The position numbers and the translations under genes are program-made. This document shows, one piece after another, positions 29,192 to 39,375 of a stretch of DNA of 64,000 bases (positions are counted from its first letter, which is position 1; each line of letters begins with the position of its first letter). Source of the DNA: Candidatus Zhuqueibacterota bacterium (GTDB taxonomy: Bacteria > Zhuqueibacterota > Zhuqueibacteria > Thermofontimicrobiales > Thermofontimicrobiaceae); assembly GCA_049322915.1 (NCBI GenBank), contig JBMOPW010000007.1:32001-96000 (forward strand), read 5' to 3'. The notes under the pieces are model-generated. The model did no database searches and was not told where the DNA came from. It saw only the letters and a program-made list of their open reading frames with translations.

Positions 29192-31117
29192 CTATGCTTC
29201 TTTTCCATCCGGGAAGAATCTCGCCAGCACCTCTTTTGACGGTGGTTTGGTGATGTAAGAAATTCCAACCAGACTCACCAGTGCAACGACCAGCGCCGGA
29301 TAAAGCAGCGGAATGCCAAACGGATCGGCATTGGGATCGCCGGCCGGTTTCATGATGCCAGGCCAGACATAGCCGGCAATTTTCAGGAACAGCGTGACCA
29401 CAGTGGCGGACACAATGGATACCAGTCCCGCGATTTTAGTGACCCGCTTCCACGCTAAGGCAGCTAACAACGCCGGCGTAATAGCCACACCGTAAATTGT
29501 GTAGGCAAAATAGGCATTCTCCAGCACCGAGGTCATCTGGGTGGCCATGAGATAGGCGAACACGCCGACCAGAACGATGAGAAATTGTTGCAGAAACACC
29601 ACCTTTTTCTCGGCCGCAGCGCGTTCAGTATCGCGATAGATGATGAGCGCCAGACCCGCCACCATGGCTAAATAGACGCCAACTCCTAAATGGCTCAACG
29701 CCTGCTTGCTCGCTGTGAGCAGAATTCCCAGCGCAGCGAACGGTATCAGTCCGGCGACCAGCGCGGTGACTTTCGTCGGGAGTTTTGCGAGCGTCAGAAT
29801 GACCATACCAATACCAAAAACCGGAATGAGGTAAACCAGTAATTTGAACACGATTGCCATGGCCGGGATGCTGAACTGCATATCCGTGTTTTCAGCGATG
29901 AATTGGGCGACCTGCACGCCGAGATAGCTGGCTGACTCGCTTTTGAACCAGGTCAGGAATCCGGAGAGGAACAGCGCCGCTGCAGCGATGACCTTTGGCT
30001 GAAGGAGCAGATTTTTTTCGGCTGTTGATTTGCGCACGACATCCTTCTGCTTTGATTTGGAAAAACGCTGAATGATGTCCCGGATCAGCGTGGTGGTGGG
30101 CGAAAGCAGGTAATTCATCCCGGTTGAAATGACAACGACGGTGGCAGCGCCCAACAGCAGCACGCCGACCGGCATGGGAATCATTTCGCGAGCGGCTCGC
30201 ACAATCACTTCGGCATGATCCAGTTGACCAGCCTGCAGACGATCCCAGAAATGCACCGACGCAAAAATGGCCATCACCACGGCCACGGTCTCGATGAAAA
30301 TGGTGCCGATGACCCAGATGCCGGCTGCCTTGCGGGCTTCCTGGGGCGTCTTGGCGCTGTAGAATTTCTGATACATGCTCTGCACGCCCAACAGCAGCAA
30401 AAATGTGGAAATGGCGATAGCGAGAATTTTCATCGGTGGATTGTAGGTGAATTCGGGATTAAAAACCTGGAGATGCGTGGCTGGCAACACCGCTGCCATC
30501 GTGGAAAAACTGCCGGCCGCGATGATGACCAGCGGCGTGGACACGATCATGGCTGTCAAAATAATGATGCCATTGGGCAAGTCGGTATTGGCGATGGCGA
30601 CCATGCCTCCGATCATCGTGAAAATGGTGACGAACAGGAATGCGAAAAACATGCCCTGGGCATCGGAAAGTGCGCCGTCGGAGATTGTTTTCAGAATGTA
30701 GCCGCCGGCTTTGAATTGATAGCTGACAATGGTCGTGAAACTGATGACAATGGCGATGGCGCCGAACACCCGGGCCACGGGCCCGTAGCGCACTTCGAGA
30801 ATGTCACCGACCGTGTACTGGCCAAAGGTTCGGATTTTCGCAGCTAAAAAATAGATGATCACGATGCCAACTGCCACGCCTCCCACCTGCCACAATGCGC
30901 TCCAGCCAGCCTTTGCAGCGAACTCAGCGCCGGAGATGAACGTCCCGCTGCCGATCCATGTGCAGATGAGCGTGAACACCATTTTGGTCATGGAAATAGA
31001 ACGGCCAGCCAGCATCATATCATCCTGGCTCTGCACTTTCCTCGATTTCCAGAAATTCATGATGGTGAGACCGACGAGATAAAGAACAATGATGAGGATA
31101 TAAATATTCATATTCAC
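29192..31117 (-). CDS. Sodium:solute symporter (SSS) with an internal extra membrane domain
   Basis: LAGRS, TWIGSG, TVGDILEVRYG, GGMVAIANTD, QSMYQKFYSAK. Confidence 0.88.
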   Translation of the reverse strand: MNMNIYILIIVLYLVGLTIMNFWKSRKVQSQDDMMLAGRSISMTKMVFTLICTWIGSGTFISGAEFAAKAGWSALWQVGGVAVGIVIIYFLAAKIRTFGQYTVGDILEVRYGPVARVFGAIAIVISFTTIVSYQFKAGGYILKTISDGALSDAQGMFFAFLFVTIFTMIGGMVAIANTDLPNGIIILTAMIVSTPLVIIAAGSFSTMAAVLPATHLQVFNPEFTYNPPMKILAIAISTFLLLLGVQSMYQKFYSAKTPQEARKAAGIWVIGTIFIETVAVVMAIFASVHFWDRLQAGQLDHAEVIVRAAREMIPMPVGVLLLGAATVVVISTGMNYLLSPTTTLIRDIIQRFSKSKQKDVVRKSTAEKNLLLQPKVIAAAALFLSGFLTWFKSESASYLGVQVAQFIAENTDMQFSIPAMAIVFKLLVYLIPVFGIGMVILTLAKLPTKVTALVAGLIPFAALGILLTASKQALSHLGVGVYLAMVAGLALIIYRDTERAAAEKKVVFLQQFLIVLVGVFAYLMATQMTSVLENAYFAYTIYGVAITPALLAALAWKRVTKIAGLVSIVSATVVTLFLKIAGYVWPGIMKPAGDPNADPFGIPLLYPALVVALVSLVGISYITKPPSKEVLARFFPDGKEA

Positions 31118-31263
31118 TCCATAAAAATTAGGGGTAAATTAGAAAATTGACAAGCCACGCAGGCTGAATAGGCAGACCTGCTCTGTGGCGCGAATTCAAA
31201 AAAAGCTCACCCACTGCCGCGGCGCTGTACGGAGAGAGCGCTCTCTGCATACAGCCACACCAA

Positions 31264-32649
31264 TCACAGCTTCAGCGCTTCAATGTCGTCGATGGATTTG
31301 GGGATTGGCTTGCCCAACACCCGATGTCCATTTTTGGTGATCAGCACATCGTCCTCGATCCGAATGCCGCCGAGTCCGATGGTTTTCTCGACTGCTTCGT
31401 AATTGATGAATTCGGTGAATTTGCCCTGCGATTTCCAGAAGCCGATCAGTTCCGGCATGAAATAGATGCCCGGCTCAACAGTGAGCACCAGCCCCGGCTC
31501 CAGCTTCCTGGCAAAGCGCAAATAGGCCAGCCCGAATTGGTCGCTGCGTTTGACCGTGGCGTCGTAGCCCACAAAATTTTCACCGAGGCTTTCCATGTCA
31601 TGGACGTCCAGACCCAACTGATGCCCCAGCCCGTGCGGGAAAAACAGGGCATGGGCGCCGGCCGAGACCGCATCGTCGGTATTGCCTTTCATGAAACCCA
31701 GATCCTTCATGCCCCGGGCAATGGTTTTCGCGGCGGTGAGATGCACGTCTTTGAACGGTACGCGCGGTTTCATCATTTCTATCGCTGCCAACTGGGCGTT
31801 GAGAACCACGGTGTAAATGTCCCTTTGCGCGGGCGTGAATTTCTTCCCGACCGGGAATGTCCGGGTGATGTCGCTGGCGTAGTGCAACGGCGATTCAGCC
31901 CCGGAATCCAGAATGAGCAGATCCCCATCTTTCATCACATTGTGATGCGAATGGCCGTGAAGCACTTCCCCATGAATGGTGAAAATGACCGGGAAGGAAA
32001 TAAGGCAGCCCCGCGACAGTGCAAGGCCTTCCACGGCGCCGGCGATTTCGCGTTCGACCATGCCTGGCTGCGACTGCTTCATGGCCAGGGCGTACATATC
32101 GTAACTCACATCCAAAGCCATTTCGATCTGTTCAATTTCAGCCTCCGATTTGATAGAGCGCTGAGCCACGACTGCGGCGATCAATTCTTTGGATGCGTAG
32201 TCATTCACCAGCGATGTGTGAATTCCGGAGAGTCGCTCCATCCTGATGATGTTGTCGAAGCGATACTGCGGCAGGTAATGGATTCTTCGGCCCGTCCGGA
32301 GGCCATCTTTGATGGCGGTCTCCAACTGATTCAACGCGCTGGTTTTGGCGACGCCGATTCGTTTCGCCTTGTCCGCCAATTTTTCCTGAGGCCCCATCCA
32401 GATGATGTCGTCTATTTCGAAATCATAGCCGAACACTGTTTCCTCACCGCTATCGGCGTCGATGAGAGCGGCAAAGCCGGGCGAGTCGATTCCCCAATAA
32501 TAAAGGAAGGTGCTATCCTGGCGGTAGGCAAAGGTGTTGGCCGGATAGTTCATCGGGCTTTCTTCATTGCCTAAAAATAATATCAGCCCGGATGATATTT
32601 TTTTCTTCAATTGTTTTCTGCGTTCAACGTACACTTTGGTTTCGAACAT
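31264..32649 (-). CDS. pepP: Xaa-Pro aminopeptidase (M24B)
   Basis: YRQDSTFLY, LDSG...YASDITRT, PHGLGHQLGLDVHD, TVEPGIYF, GGIRIEDD. Confidence 0.93.
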   Translation of the reverse strand: MFETKVYVERRKQLKKKISSGLILFLGNEESPMNYPANTFAYRQDSTFLYYWGIDSPGFAALIDADSGEETVFGYDFEIDDIIWMGPQEKLADKAKRIGVAKTSALNQLETAIKDGLRTGRRIHYLPQYRFDNIIRMERLSGIHTSLVNDYASKELIAAVVAQRSIKSEAEIEQIEMALDVSYDMYALAMKQSQPGMVEREIAGAVEGLALSRGCLISFPVIFTIHGEVLHGHSHHNVMKDGDLLILDSGAESPLHYASDITRTFPVGKKFTPAQRDIYTVVLNAQLAAIEMMKPRVPFKDVHLTAAKTIARGMKDLGFMKGNTDDAVSAGAHALFFPHGLGHQLGLDVHDMESLGENFVGYDATVKRSDQFGLAYLRFARKLEPGLVLTVEPGIYFMPELIGFWKSQGKFTEFINYEAVEKTIGLGGIRIEDDVLITKNGHRVLGKPIPKSIDDIEALKL

Positions 32650-32728
32650 GTTTTCCTCCTCGTTGATGACGGATAATTCATTCTGAAATTATTTCAAAGA
32701 ATGTAACGGTTCAGCCTTCAAATCTTAA

Positions 32729-32876
32729 GTAATCGTTCACAGGTTCATCGTTCCGGGCTCAAGGTTAATGATAACGTACAGTTGATGACGAACTATTTGC
32801 GCATAAAAAATGTTATGCGCAACCATATCCAAAACCCCATCCGGGAACGCTGAACCCGGAACCTGTGAACGGCTAC
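32729..32876. mobile_element. MITE, short form (148 bp), copy 1
   Basis: GTAATCGTTCACAGGTTC / GAACCTGTGAACGGCTAC ends; 8-bp direct repeat AATCTTAA at 32721-32728 and 32877-32884; homologous to 40175-40315. Confidence 0.85.
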
Positions 32877-32979
32877 AATCTTAAAGGCGCAATGCGATAG
32901 AACACCTGAACTTCTGAAATGAAATGCCAAATGAGCGTTATTATTTTACTGCTGCTGATTTATCCCGGATGACAGCCTT

Positions 32980-35064
32980 TCATTCCACAATGATTTCATC
33001 CACAAAAAGCCAGGCTTTGCCTCCGCCGCCTTTGTGCCATTGGGGGCAGACGCCGATGTTCGTCGCGCGGACGCGAACGAACTGCGCCGGGACGCGATCA
33101 AATTCGCGGCTGATATTTTGAATGATCATGCCGTCTTTGTTCTGCGCTACATTGTGCGCGACGGTCGCTGTCTCCGTGAACTCCTGCCCATCAAGGGACA
33201 GGCTATATTCCACGGACGTGGGCAGCCAGATCCAGGAGTCGATATTCTGCAAAAAGCCGCTGGTTATTTTTTGAACCGGAACCGGTTTGCCCAGGTCCAC
33301 CACTGCCTCGAAATTTTCCTGCTCAAACCCTAACCACTTTCCATCACGAAAATCGCCGGAGCCGCGCTCCCAATCGCCCAGCGTCAATTCGCCCTGGCCG
33401 GGATAGCGCTCACTTGCCGGCTGTTTCAACTGGATGCGTTTGTATTTATTGGCCAGAATGAACTGCGCGGCGGCGGTCTCGCTTTTCACATATCCCTGCC
33501 TGAACGCGGCCGCCCGGACGGTGGTAGTCGTCGAGAGCTGAATCGCCTCGTGATACAGGAGGGAGTTCATGTCCGGCTCGGACCCGTCCAGCGTATACCG
33601 GATCTGCGCGCCCTCGGTCGCCGAGTTCAGTGTCATGGCGACGTTTTCGGAAAAAAGGAGTGAGGAAAGATTCTGCTTCTGCGGGCTGCTCACAACCGGC
33701 TTTTCAGCGACACTCGGCTGGGCGCCTTTGATTTTGAAACAAAAGGCGTGTTTCATCGGACGCCCGGCTTCTTCCATCAGCGATTCAGGCAGGTGAATGG
33801 TCAGTCCCTGGGTTGCGTCGTAGTCCCAGTCCAGAGCGTGGGGGTGACCCAGCAGGAAAATTTCCGAACTCTCCTCCGGGATGACGTACTTGAACGTGAT
33901 GTGCGGGCCCGGCCACTGAAGAGCACAGGCGTAAATGTGTTTTTTATCATGGCTTTGAATGTAGCGGATCGATTCGCCTTCGCGATAAAATGGCAGGCGG
34001 TGAGTCCCGTAAATCACCTCACTGTGGATTTTCATCCATTCGCCGATTTCCCGAAGCCGGTCGGTGCTGGGCTGCGGAATGAGTCCTTCTGAGGTCGGCC
34101 CGACATTCAGCAGGAAATTTCCACCTTTGGCGGCAATGTCCACCAGATGATGCACGAGCATCTCCGGCGATTTCCAATGATCGTCCTGAGCATTGAATCC
34201 CCAGTGATCGTTCATCGTCATGCACGATTCCCAATCTATGGTGGAAGCGGATTGCAGCACCTCCTGCTCCGGCGTTCCGAAATCGCCGGCCGCGCCCTCG
34301 TAGGTATTCATGCCCTGCATGCCGGAGCGGCCCTTGCCCACCCGATTGTTGATGATGATGTCCGGCTGAAGATTTCGCACATAATTGTAAAGCTCCCGGC
34401 CCTGATCCTCGGTCCACTCGTCGATCCACTCGCCATCAAACCACAGCACGCCAGGTTTGCCGTACCCGTTCACGAGTTCCCTGAGTTGCGGTTTGAGATA
34501 GTTCTCCCTGTATTGGGGAAAATTTTCGCCCCGGGCATCCGGGTGATGCCAATCCATAATGGAGTGATAAAAACATAATTTGATGCCCTGGTCGCGGCAG
34601 GCAACGGCCAGTTCATGAAGCACATCGCGCTTGAACGGCGTGCGGTCGATGATGTCGTAATCCGAGACCCGGGAATTCCAGAGACAGAATCCATCGTGAT
34701 GCTTGGACGTGATGACGATGTATTTCATGCCCGCATTTTTTGCAATCTGCACCCACTCGTCCGCGTTAAATTTTACCGGATTAAATTGCGTCGCGTACTG
34801 CTCGTACTCCTGAACCGGGATATGGGCGGTTTCCATGATCCATTCGGCGTGACCGCCTTCGCCTTTGTAAACGCCGGCCGGCACGGAATAAATGCCCCAG
34901 TGAATGAACATGCCAAACCGCGCCTCGCGCCACCAGGCCATTCGTTCGTCAAACTGCTGCCGCGGTTCATTCAGATAATTTTTCTGCTGCGGATGGGAAC
35001 AACTCAGGAGACCAGTCAGGAAAATTCCAAATCCAATCATGAGGAGGAACAGATTACCTTTCAT
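32980..35064 (-). CDS. Alpha-L-fucosidase (GH29) lipoprotein with Fn3-associated and F5/8-type C-terminal domains
   Basis: ARFGMFIHWG, TSKHHDGFCLW, LWFDGEW, GGNFLLNVGP; IRYTLDGSEP; VVDLGK. Start ATG 35064 (MKGNLF..LLSC). Confidence 0.92.
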   Translation of the reverse strand: MKGNLFLLMIGFGIFLTGLLSCSHPQQKNYLNEPRQQFDERMAWWREARFGMFIHWGIYSVPAGVYKGEGGHAEWIMETAHIPVQEYEQYATQFNPVKFNADEWVQIAKNAGMKYIVITSKHHDGFCLWNSRVSDYDIIDRTPFKRDVLHELAVACRDQGIKLCFYHSIMDWHHPDARGENFPQYRENYLKPQLRELVNGYGKPGVLWFDGEWIDEWTEDQGRELYNYVRNLQPDIIINNRVGKGRSGMQGMNTYEGAAGDFGTPEQEVLQSASTIDWESCMTMNDHWGFNAQDDHWKSPEMLVHHLVDIAAKGGNFLLNVGPTSEGLIPQPSTDRLREIGEWMKIHSEVIYGTHRLPFYREGESIRYIQSHDKKHIYACALQWPGPHITFKYVIPEESSEIFLLGHPHALDWDYDATQGLTIHLPESLMEEAGRPMKHAFCFKIKGAQPSVAEKPVVSSPQKQNLSSLLFSENVAMTLNSATEGAQIRYTLDGSEPDMNSLLYHEAIQLSTTTTVRAAAFRQGYVKSETAAAQFILANKYKRIQLKQPASERYPGQGELTLGDWERGSGDFRDGKWLGFEQENFEAVVDLGKPVPVQKITSGFLQNIDSWIWLPTSVEYSLSLDGQEFTETATVAHNVAQNKDGMIIQNISREFDRVPAQFVRVRATNIGVCPQWHKGGGGKAWLFVDEIIVE

Positions 35065-36874
35065 TGCTTCGCCCTTCGTTAAGTTGATGGATGTTGCCGC
35101 TGATTCGAAATACCCACGCGTGTTCGCACGGCAATTCGTTGCAACTGATCTGCGATGTATCAATCCGCAGACGGTTGTTTTTATACTGCCATGATAAATC
35201 GCGATGCAAGCCCACAAGGGCCACTCGCGCGTCCCGTTGCGGACGGCCCACCGGCAGAACCAGTTCCTTGCCCGGCCACTCCAGACAAATTGCGTACAGA
35301 TTGCCGTGATGGGTCGTGTAGCACAGATAATGCCCCTCGGATTCGTATCGGCCGTTCAGGCCATCGCCGCTGCCGGCGCTCTGGTTCGAGGTGAATAAAT
35401 GCGCCCCGGGGACGATCTCTCCGGGCTGGCGCGGACTCTCCCAGTAAAGCTGTATCGATGCGTTCTGCTTCCTCTCAATGAACCGGATTTTAATGGGGTA
35501 TTTTTTGAATGCAGTCACGTGCATGCGGCCGCTTCGCTCCTGGCTGGTCCCGGCGAATTCGGCGTCGGGAATGGCGCGGCCATCGATCCAGACTTCGGCG
35601 CTGTCATCGGCGTGGATCGTGAATCGATATTCCTCAGAAAATTCAGGTTGAATGAAGCCGGTCCAGGTGACGGAAAAATCATCTTCCGCAATGGGCGTGC
35701 CCGGCGAATTTCGCACCCAGTCAAAATCGATCGCCGAATCGATGCGCTCCAGAAAATAGGATTTGGTCTCGCCGGTCTTGGCCCAGGGCTTTGATCCATA
35801 AATCGCTTCGCCATTGACTTGCAACCATCGTCCCAGTTGAACGAGCCGTTCCTGTTGCAGCAGTGGAATCTGGCCGTCGGCGCCGGGCCCGACATTCAGC
35901 GTCATGCCGCCGCCGTGAGCGACTGCCTTCACGAAAAAGTGAATCAATTCCGACGCCGATAGGTAGGCGTCCAGTTTTTCGTTGCGGTTCAGTCCAAAGG
36001 AGCGACCCAGACCTCGGCATTCAGCCCAGGGGCGATCGGTGATATGAATGCCGGCGCTGTACTCCGGCGTCAAAAATCCGATGTCGCTGCCCGCGCCCCA
36101 GCGATTATTCACAATGGCGTCCGGGCCGACAAGATTGTAGTACCAGGCAATCAACTCCGGCGCGTGCCAGGTTTCAGCGGAATGAAACCACTCGCCGTCG
36201 GTGAAAAGGACTTCGGGCCGGTACGCCGAGATCAATTCCCTGAACTGCGGAATCATGTGCTGTTCCACGTAAGGGCCAATCTGATCGTTGGGATCGGTGT
36301 ACCATCGGAAAAGTCGGTTATTCCACTCCGGCAGGGAGTAGTAGAGACCCATTTTCAGCCCGGCGTTTCGCACCGCCGCGCTCAGCTCGCCGACAATATC
36401 ACGGCGCGGCCCCACGTCGCTGCTGTTCCAGCCGGGCGCGTATCGGCTGGGCCAGAGACAATAGCCGTCGTGATGTTTGGAGACGAGGATCACGTATCGG
36501 GCGCCGCTTCGGGCAAATAGCTGCGCCCATTCATTCGCCTCGAACAATTCAGCTTTGAACAGCGGGGCGTAATCGCGATAGGTGAAATTTTCGCCAAAAG
36601 CGCGCTTCTGAAATTGGATGCGAGCCGAATCGCCGCTCTCCAGCCCTCGCAGAAACCACTCCGCGTACTGCTCCCGGCCGCTCCAGGCCGGGACCGAATA
36701 GACGCCCCAATGGATGAAAATGCCCAATTTGGCGTCGCTGAACCACTGTGGGTAGGGTCGCGATTTCAATGATTCCCACGTGGCCTGGTAGATGGTGTTT
36801 TCCTGAGCTGCAACGCGCAGAGGCAGAATAAGAATTCCAATGAAAACAAACCAGGTCATGAGTTTCGATTTCAT
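35054..36874 (-). CDS. Alpha-L-fucosidase (GH29) with inserted PA14 domain
   Basis: WFSDAKLGIFIHWGVYSVP, SKHHDGYCLW, LFTDGEW, LNVGPGADG; PA14 RIDSAIDFDW...FSVTWTG...ADD...QLYWESP. Confidence 0.9.
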   Translation of the reverse strand: MKSKLMTWFVFIGILILPLRVAAQENTIYQATWESLKSRPYPQWFSDAKLGIFIHWGVYSVPAWSGREQYAEWFLRGLESGDSARIQFQKRAFGENFTYRDYAPLFKAELFEANEWAQLFARSGARYVILVSKHHDGYCLWPSRYAPGWNSSDVGPRRDIVGELSAAVRNAGLKMGLYYSLPEWNNRLFRWYTDPNDQIGPYVEQHMIPQFRELISAYRPEVLFTDGEWFHSAETWHAPELIAWYYNLVGPDAIVNNRWGAGSDIGFLTPEYSAGIHITDRPWAECRGLGRSFGLNRNEKLDAYLSASELIHFFVKAVAHGGGMTLNVGPGADGQIPLLQQERLVQLGRWLQVNGEAIYGSKPWAKTGETKSYFLERIDSAIDFDWVRNSPGTPIAEDDFSVTWTGFIQPEFSEEYRFTIHADDSAEVWIDGRAIPDAEFAGTSQERSGRMHVTAFKKYPIKIRFIERKQNASIQLYWESPRQPGEIVPGAHLFTSNQSAGSGDGLNGRYESEGHYLCYTTHHGNLYAICLEWPGKELVLPVGRPQRDARVALVGLHRDLSWQYKNNRLRIDTSQISCNELPCEHAWVFRISGNIHQLNEGRSNER

Positions 36875-37361
36875 AGGCGACCCCCTGACTCGTGAGTCAG
36901 CGTTGCCTGTGTGAGCGAAGCCAGTGGCCGGCTTTCCACTTCGGGCAATCTGTGGAAATTTGTCTGCCGGGGTGCGTTGGATGGATTAGCAAAGGGATGG
37001 TGTCGGTGCTGCGGCGCGCGGATGGGAAAGGCGTCAGGCCGGGAAACAGATCGGCTGCGTGAAAGGCCGCGGAGTGCGTTGGTTGTACAGATGAAGATAC
37101 CTGGAAAAAATCCGTTGGATTTGTTCATTCAAAAACCTCTTGTTCAGCTATGTTATGCCGCCGTTTGTTTTTAAAAACACGGTGCATTTATGTTAGCTAA
37201 CCTGCATTATTCATCGTACTTTTAAAGGAGGCTGGCTAACCTGAATGGTGCTCTTTTTAGAATAAACATATAAAAACTGAGTTTCAAAATAGCTTAGTCT
37301 TTAGCTAATTGAAAATCTGAATGTTGACTCAAATTATGAGCAAGTTCATGAATAATTCAGG

Positions 37362-38795
37362 CTAAATATTCAACACCGACTCAAGACTTGCTCTGAATTG
37401 GTTTTCATCTTCGTTGTTGTAAAACTGTACGCCAACCAAGCGGTACTTTTTGTCTTCAAGCGTCAGCAATTTGGTTTCAAACTCTGATTTGATTGTATTG
37501 AGAAAATTCAGTTTCCACGGCTCGGCTTTTTGCAGTATCTTTGCTTTTGGCTCGATGAAAAGCTGGTAAGTGAGTAGCCTGCCGCTTTTCTCTCGCAGGA
37601 ACAAAACAAAGTCTGGCTGGAAGGCTTGACCATTGGCATAGTTGTAGATTGCAAAATGCCCTTCGTTGCGCAGAAGATAGATATGCTCGTATTGCGCTTG
37701 TAGTTTTTGCATGTGTCTGTCCAGCATACGCACAAAGGCTTTTTCTTCGCTCGTTCCGTAGATGGTGTTGAAGGCAAACCAATCTTTGTCGGAGACGAAA
37801 TGCTCAAACTGCGTGTCGTCTGCGGCGCGAGGGTTTTTGGCGTCGAATTTTAGCGCCTTGTCTTTGAAGATTTCATGCACCCAATTGCGTCTGAAGTCTC
37901 GCGTGCCTTCGTAGTCGGTGATTTGCTGGCGGATTTCGGCTTCGATTTGACTCATCAGGCCCGACACGGCGGCGAGTTTTTCAGAGCGGTTGTCGTCCAG
38001 CCAGTACATATTGCCCTGAAAGGTGATTTCCAGCCCGCCGAGAAAATCGTCCGATGCGATAAAGTCGCGAATGGAGGCCAGATGGGGAAAATAGCGTTTG
38101 AGTGAGGCAAAGGTAAAGAACGGGTTGCGCGCGATGGCAGATTGAACGATGTTGCGCTCGATGTCTCGCACCTTTACGTCCTGACGGGTTTCGTCTTCCA
38201 CCACCCAGCCTTTTTTCCCGCGCGAAGCGTCCAGCACGACGGTCGCGCCGCCGTGACCCGTGGCGATGACGTGGAGTTTTTGAATCGTGGTGAAGCAGAT
38301 ATTGATGTCGCTGGGGTTGACCGCTTCAAAGTTCTCGACAGGCGTCACGCGCACGCGGCGGCCTGCCCTGAGCGGAGCCGAAGGGTTGGCAATGTAAATA
38401 TCCTGCCTGTCCTGAGCGTAGCCGAAGGAATTGAACAGGTATTTGATGCTGCCGGGATTGAGGAAGTTGTCTTTGGTCTTTTCGATGATATTGGTGGAAT
38501 TAACAAAGAACAGGAAATTGCAATAGCCCTGCTCGTAAAGATAAAGAATCAAGCCCGCCATGATGAGCGTCTTGCCGCTGCCCGTCGCCATGTTGAACAG
38601 AAAATGCAGGGGATAGGTTTTGTCGGGAAAATGGTTTTTGTAACAATGGAAAAAGCGCGCAAAGGCATCCACCTGATAGGGACGCAGTTCGTATTTGGAG
38701 TTGAGATTTTGTGCGACACTGTCGGAGACTTCCGTTTTGAGAAAGCCCATGCTGGACGCCGCGTCAAGACGTTCGTAGAGAAACTGTTCGATCAT
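37362..38795 (-). pseudogene. Type III restriction endonuclease Res subunit with internal deletion of the helicase core
   Basis: LRPYQ and FNMATGSGKT (motif I) and C-terminal FQPDF..FIEPK nuclease motif present. No DEAH or later helicase motifs; 477 aa only. Confidence 0.8.
38362..38429. repeat. Two 24-bp palindromic repeat units inserted in frame within res
   Basis: CCTGCCCTGAGCGGAGCCGAAGGG (38362-38385) and CCTGTCCTGAGCGTAGCCGAAGGA (38406-38429), 21/24 identical. Confidence 0.8.
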
Positions 38796-38799
38796 GGCG

Positions 38800-39375
38800 T
38801 TACTCTGCCTCCCGCAAGGCGCGTTCCAGCAGGTCGTTCACTCGGAGTTCGCCCGCCCACTTCCGCAGGTAGTCCAGTTCGAGTTCGCCGGCGCGGGTTT
38901 TCAATACACCAAGGATATCGCGCCATTGACGCTCGGAGACTTCGCCGCCCAGGCGATAACATTCCAGTTTTGCCAGAACAATATCTTCGGGACTGACCAC
39001 ATACACACTTTGTTCGGGATCAGCAGCAATGACCAACGTTCTGCGCCGTTCGAATTGCAATGCGTCGAAGGCGCGCAGTTTGCTGATGAAAATATCCACC
39101 TTGAAGGCGGTTTCATAATGGATCAGGTTGAAACTGCTGTGATGAGCGATGGCGTCGCGCATCATTTCATCGTCGGCGTAAAATTCTTTTGAGAGCGCGG
39201 CGACCAATGGCTGGACGTGTTTCACTTTCATATCCGCCACAATATCCACATCCAGCGTGGACCGCATAACGCCATGCAGGGAACTTGCCAGCGAACCACC
39301 CACTGCGTAGGGGATGCCGATCTGTTCAAGCGTTTGCGTGACGAGCAATGTAATCCGTGTGACTTCACCTTGCAT
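38800..39375 (-). CDS. Nucleotidyltransferase-fold protein (GS..DxD)
   Basis: IPYAVGGSLASSLHGVMRSTLDVDIV, KVDIF, SPEDIVLAKL, SERQWRD, LDYLRKWA. Confidence 0.75.
   Translation of the reverse strand: MQGEVTRITLLVTQTLEQIGIPYAVGGSLASSLHGVMRSTLDVDIVADMKVKHVQPLVAALSKEFYADDEMMRDAIAHHSSFNLIHYETAFKVDIFISKLRAFDALQFERRRTLVIAADPEQSVYVVSPEDIVLAKLECYRLGGEVSERQWRDILGVLKTRAGELELDYLRKWAGELRVNDLLERALREAE

Noticed and set aside
31324..32574. Long antisense ORFs (also 3014-3985, 43238-44587, 48423-49433, 54249-55628)
   Set aside because: Shadow frames opposite well-supported genes, expected from GC-rich codon bias; no motifs.
32703..32720. Extra GTAACGGTTCAG end just left of the short MITE
   Set aside because: No matching right end or target duplication found; may be an older relic but cannot be delimited.
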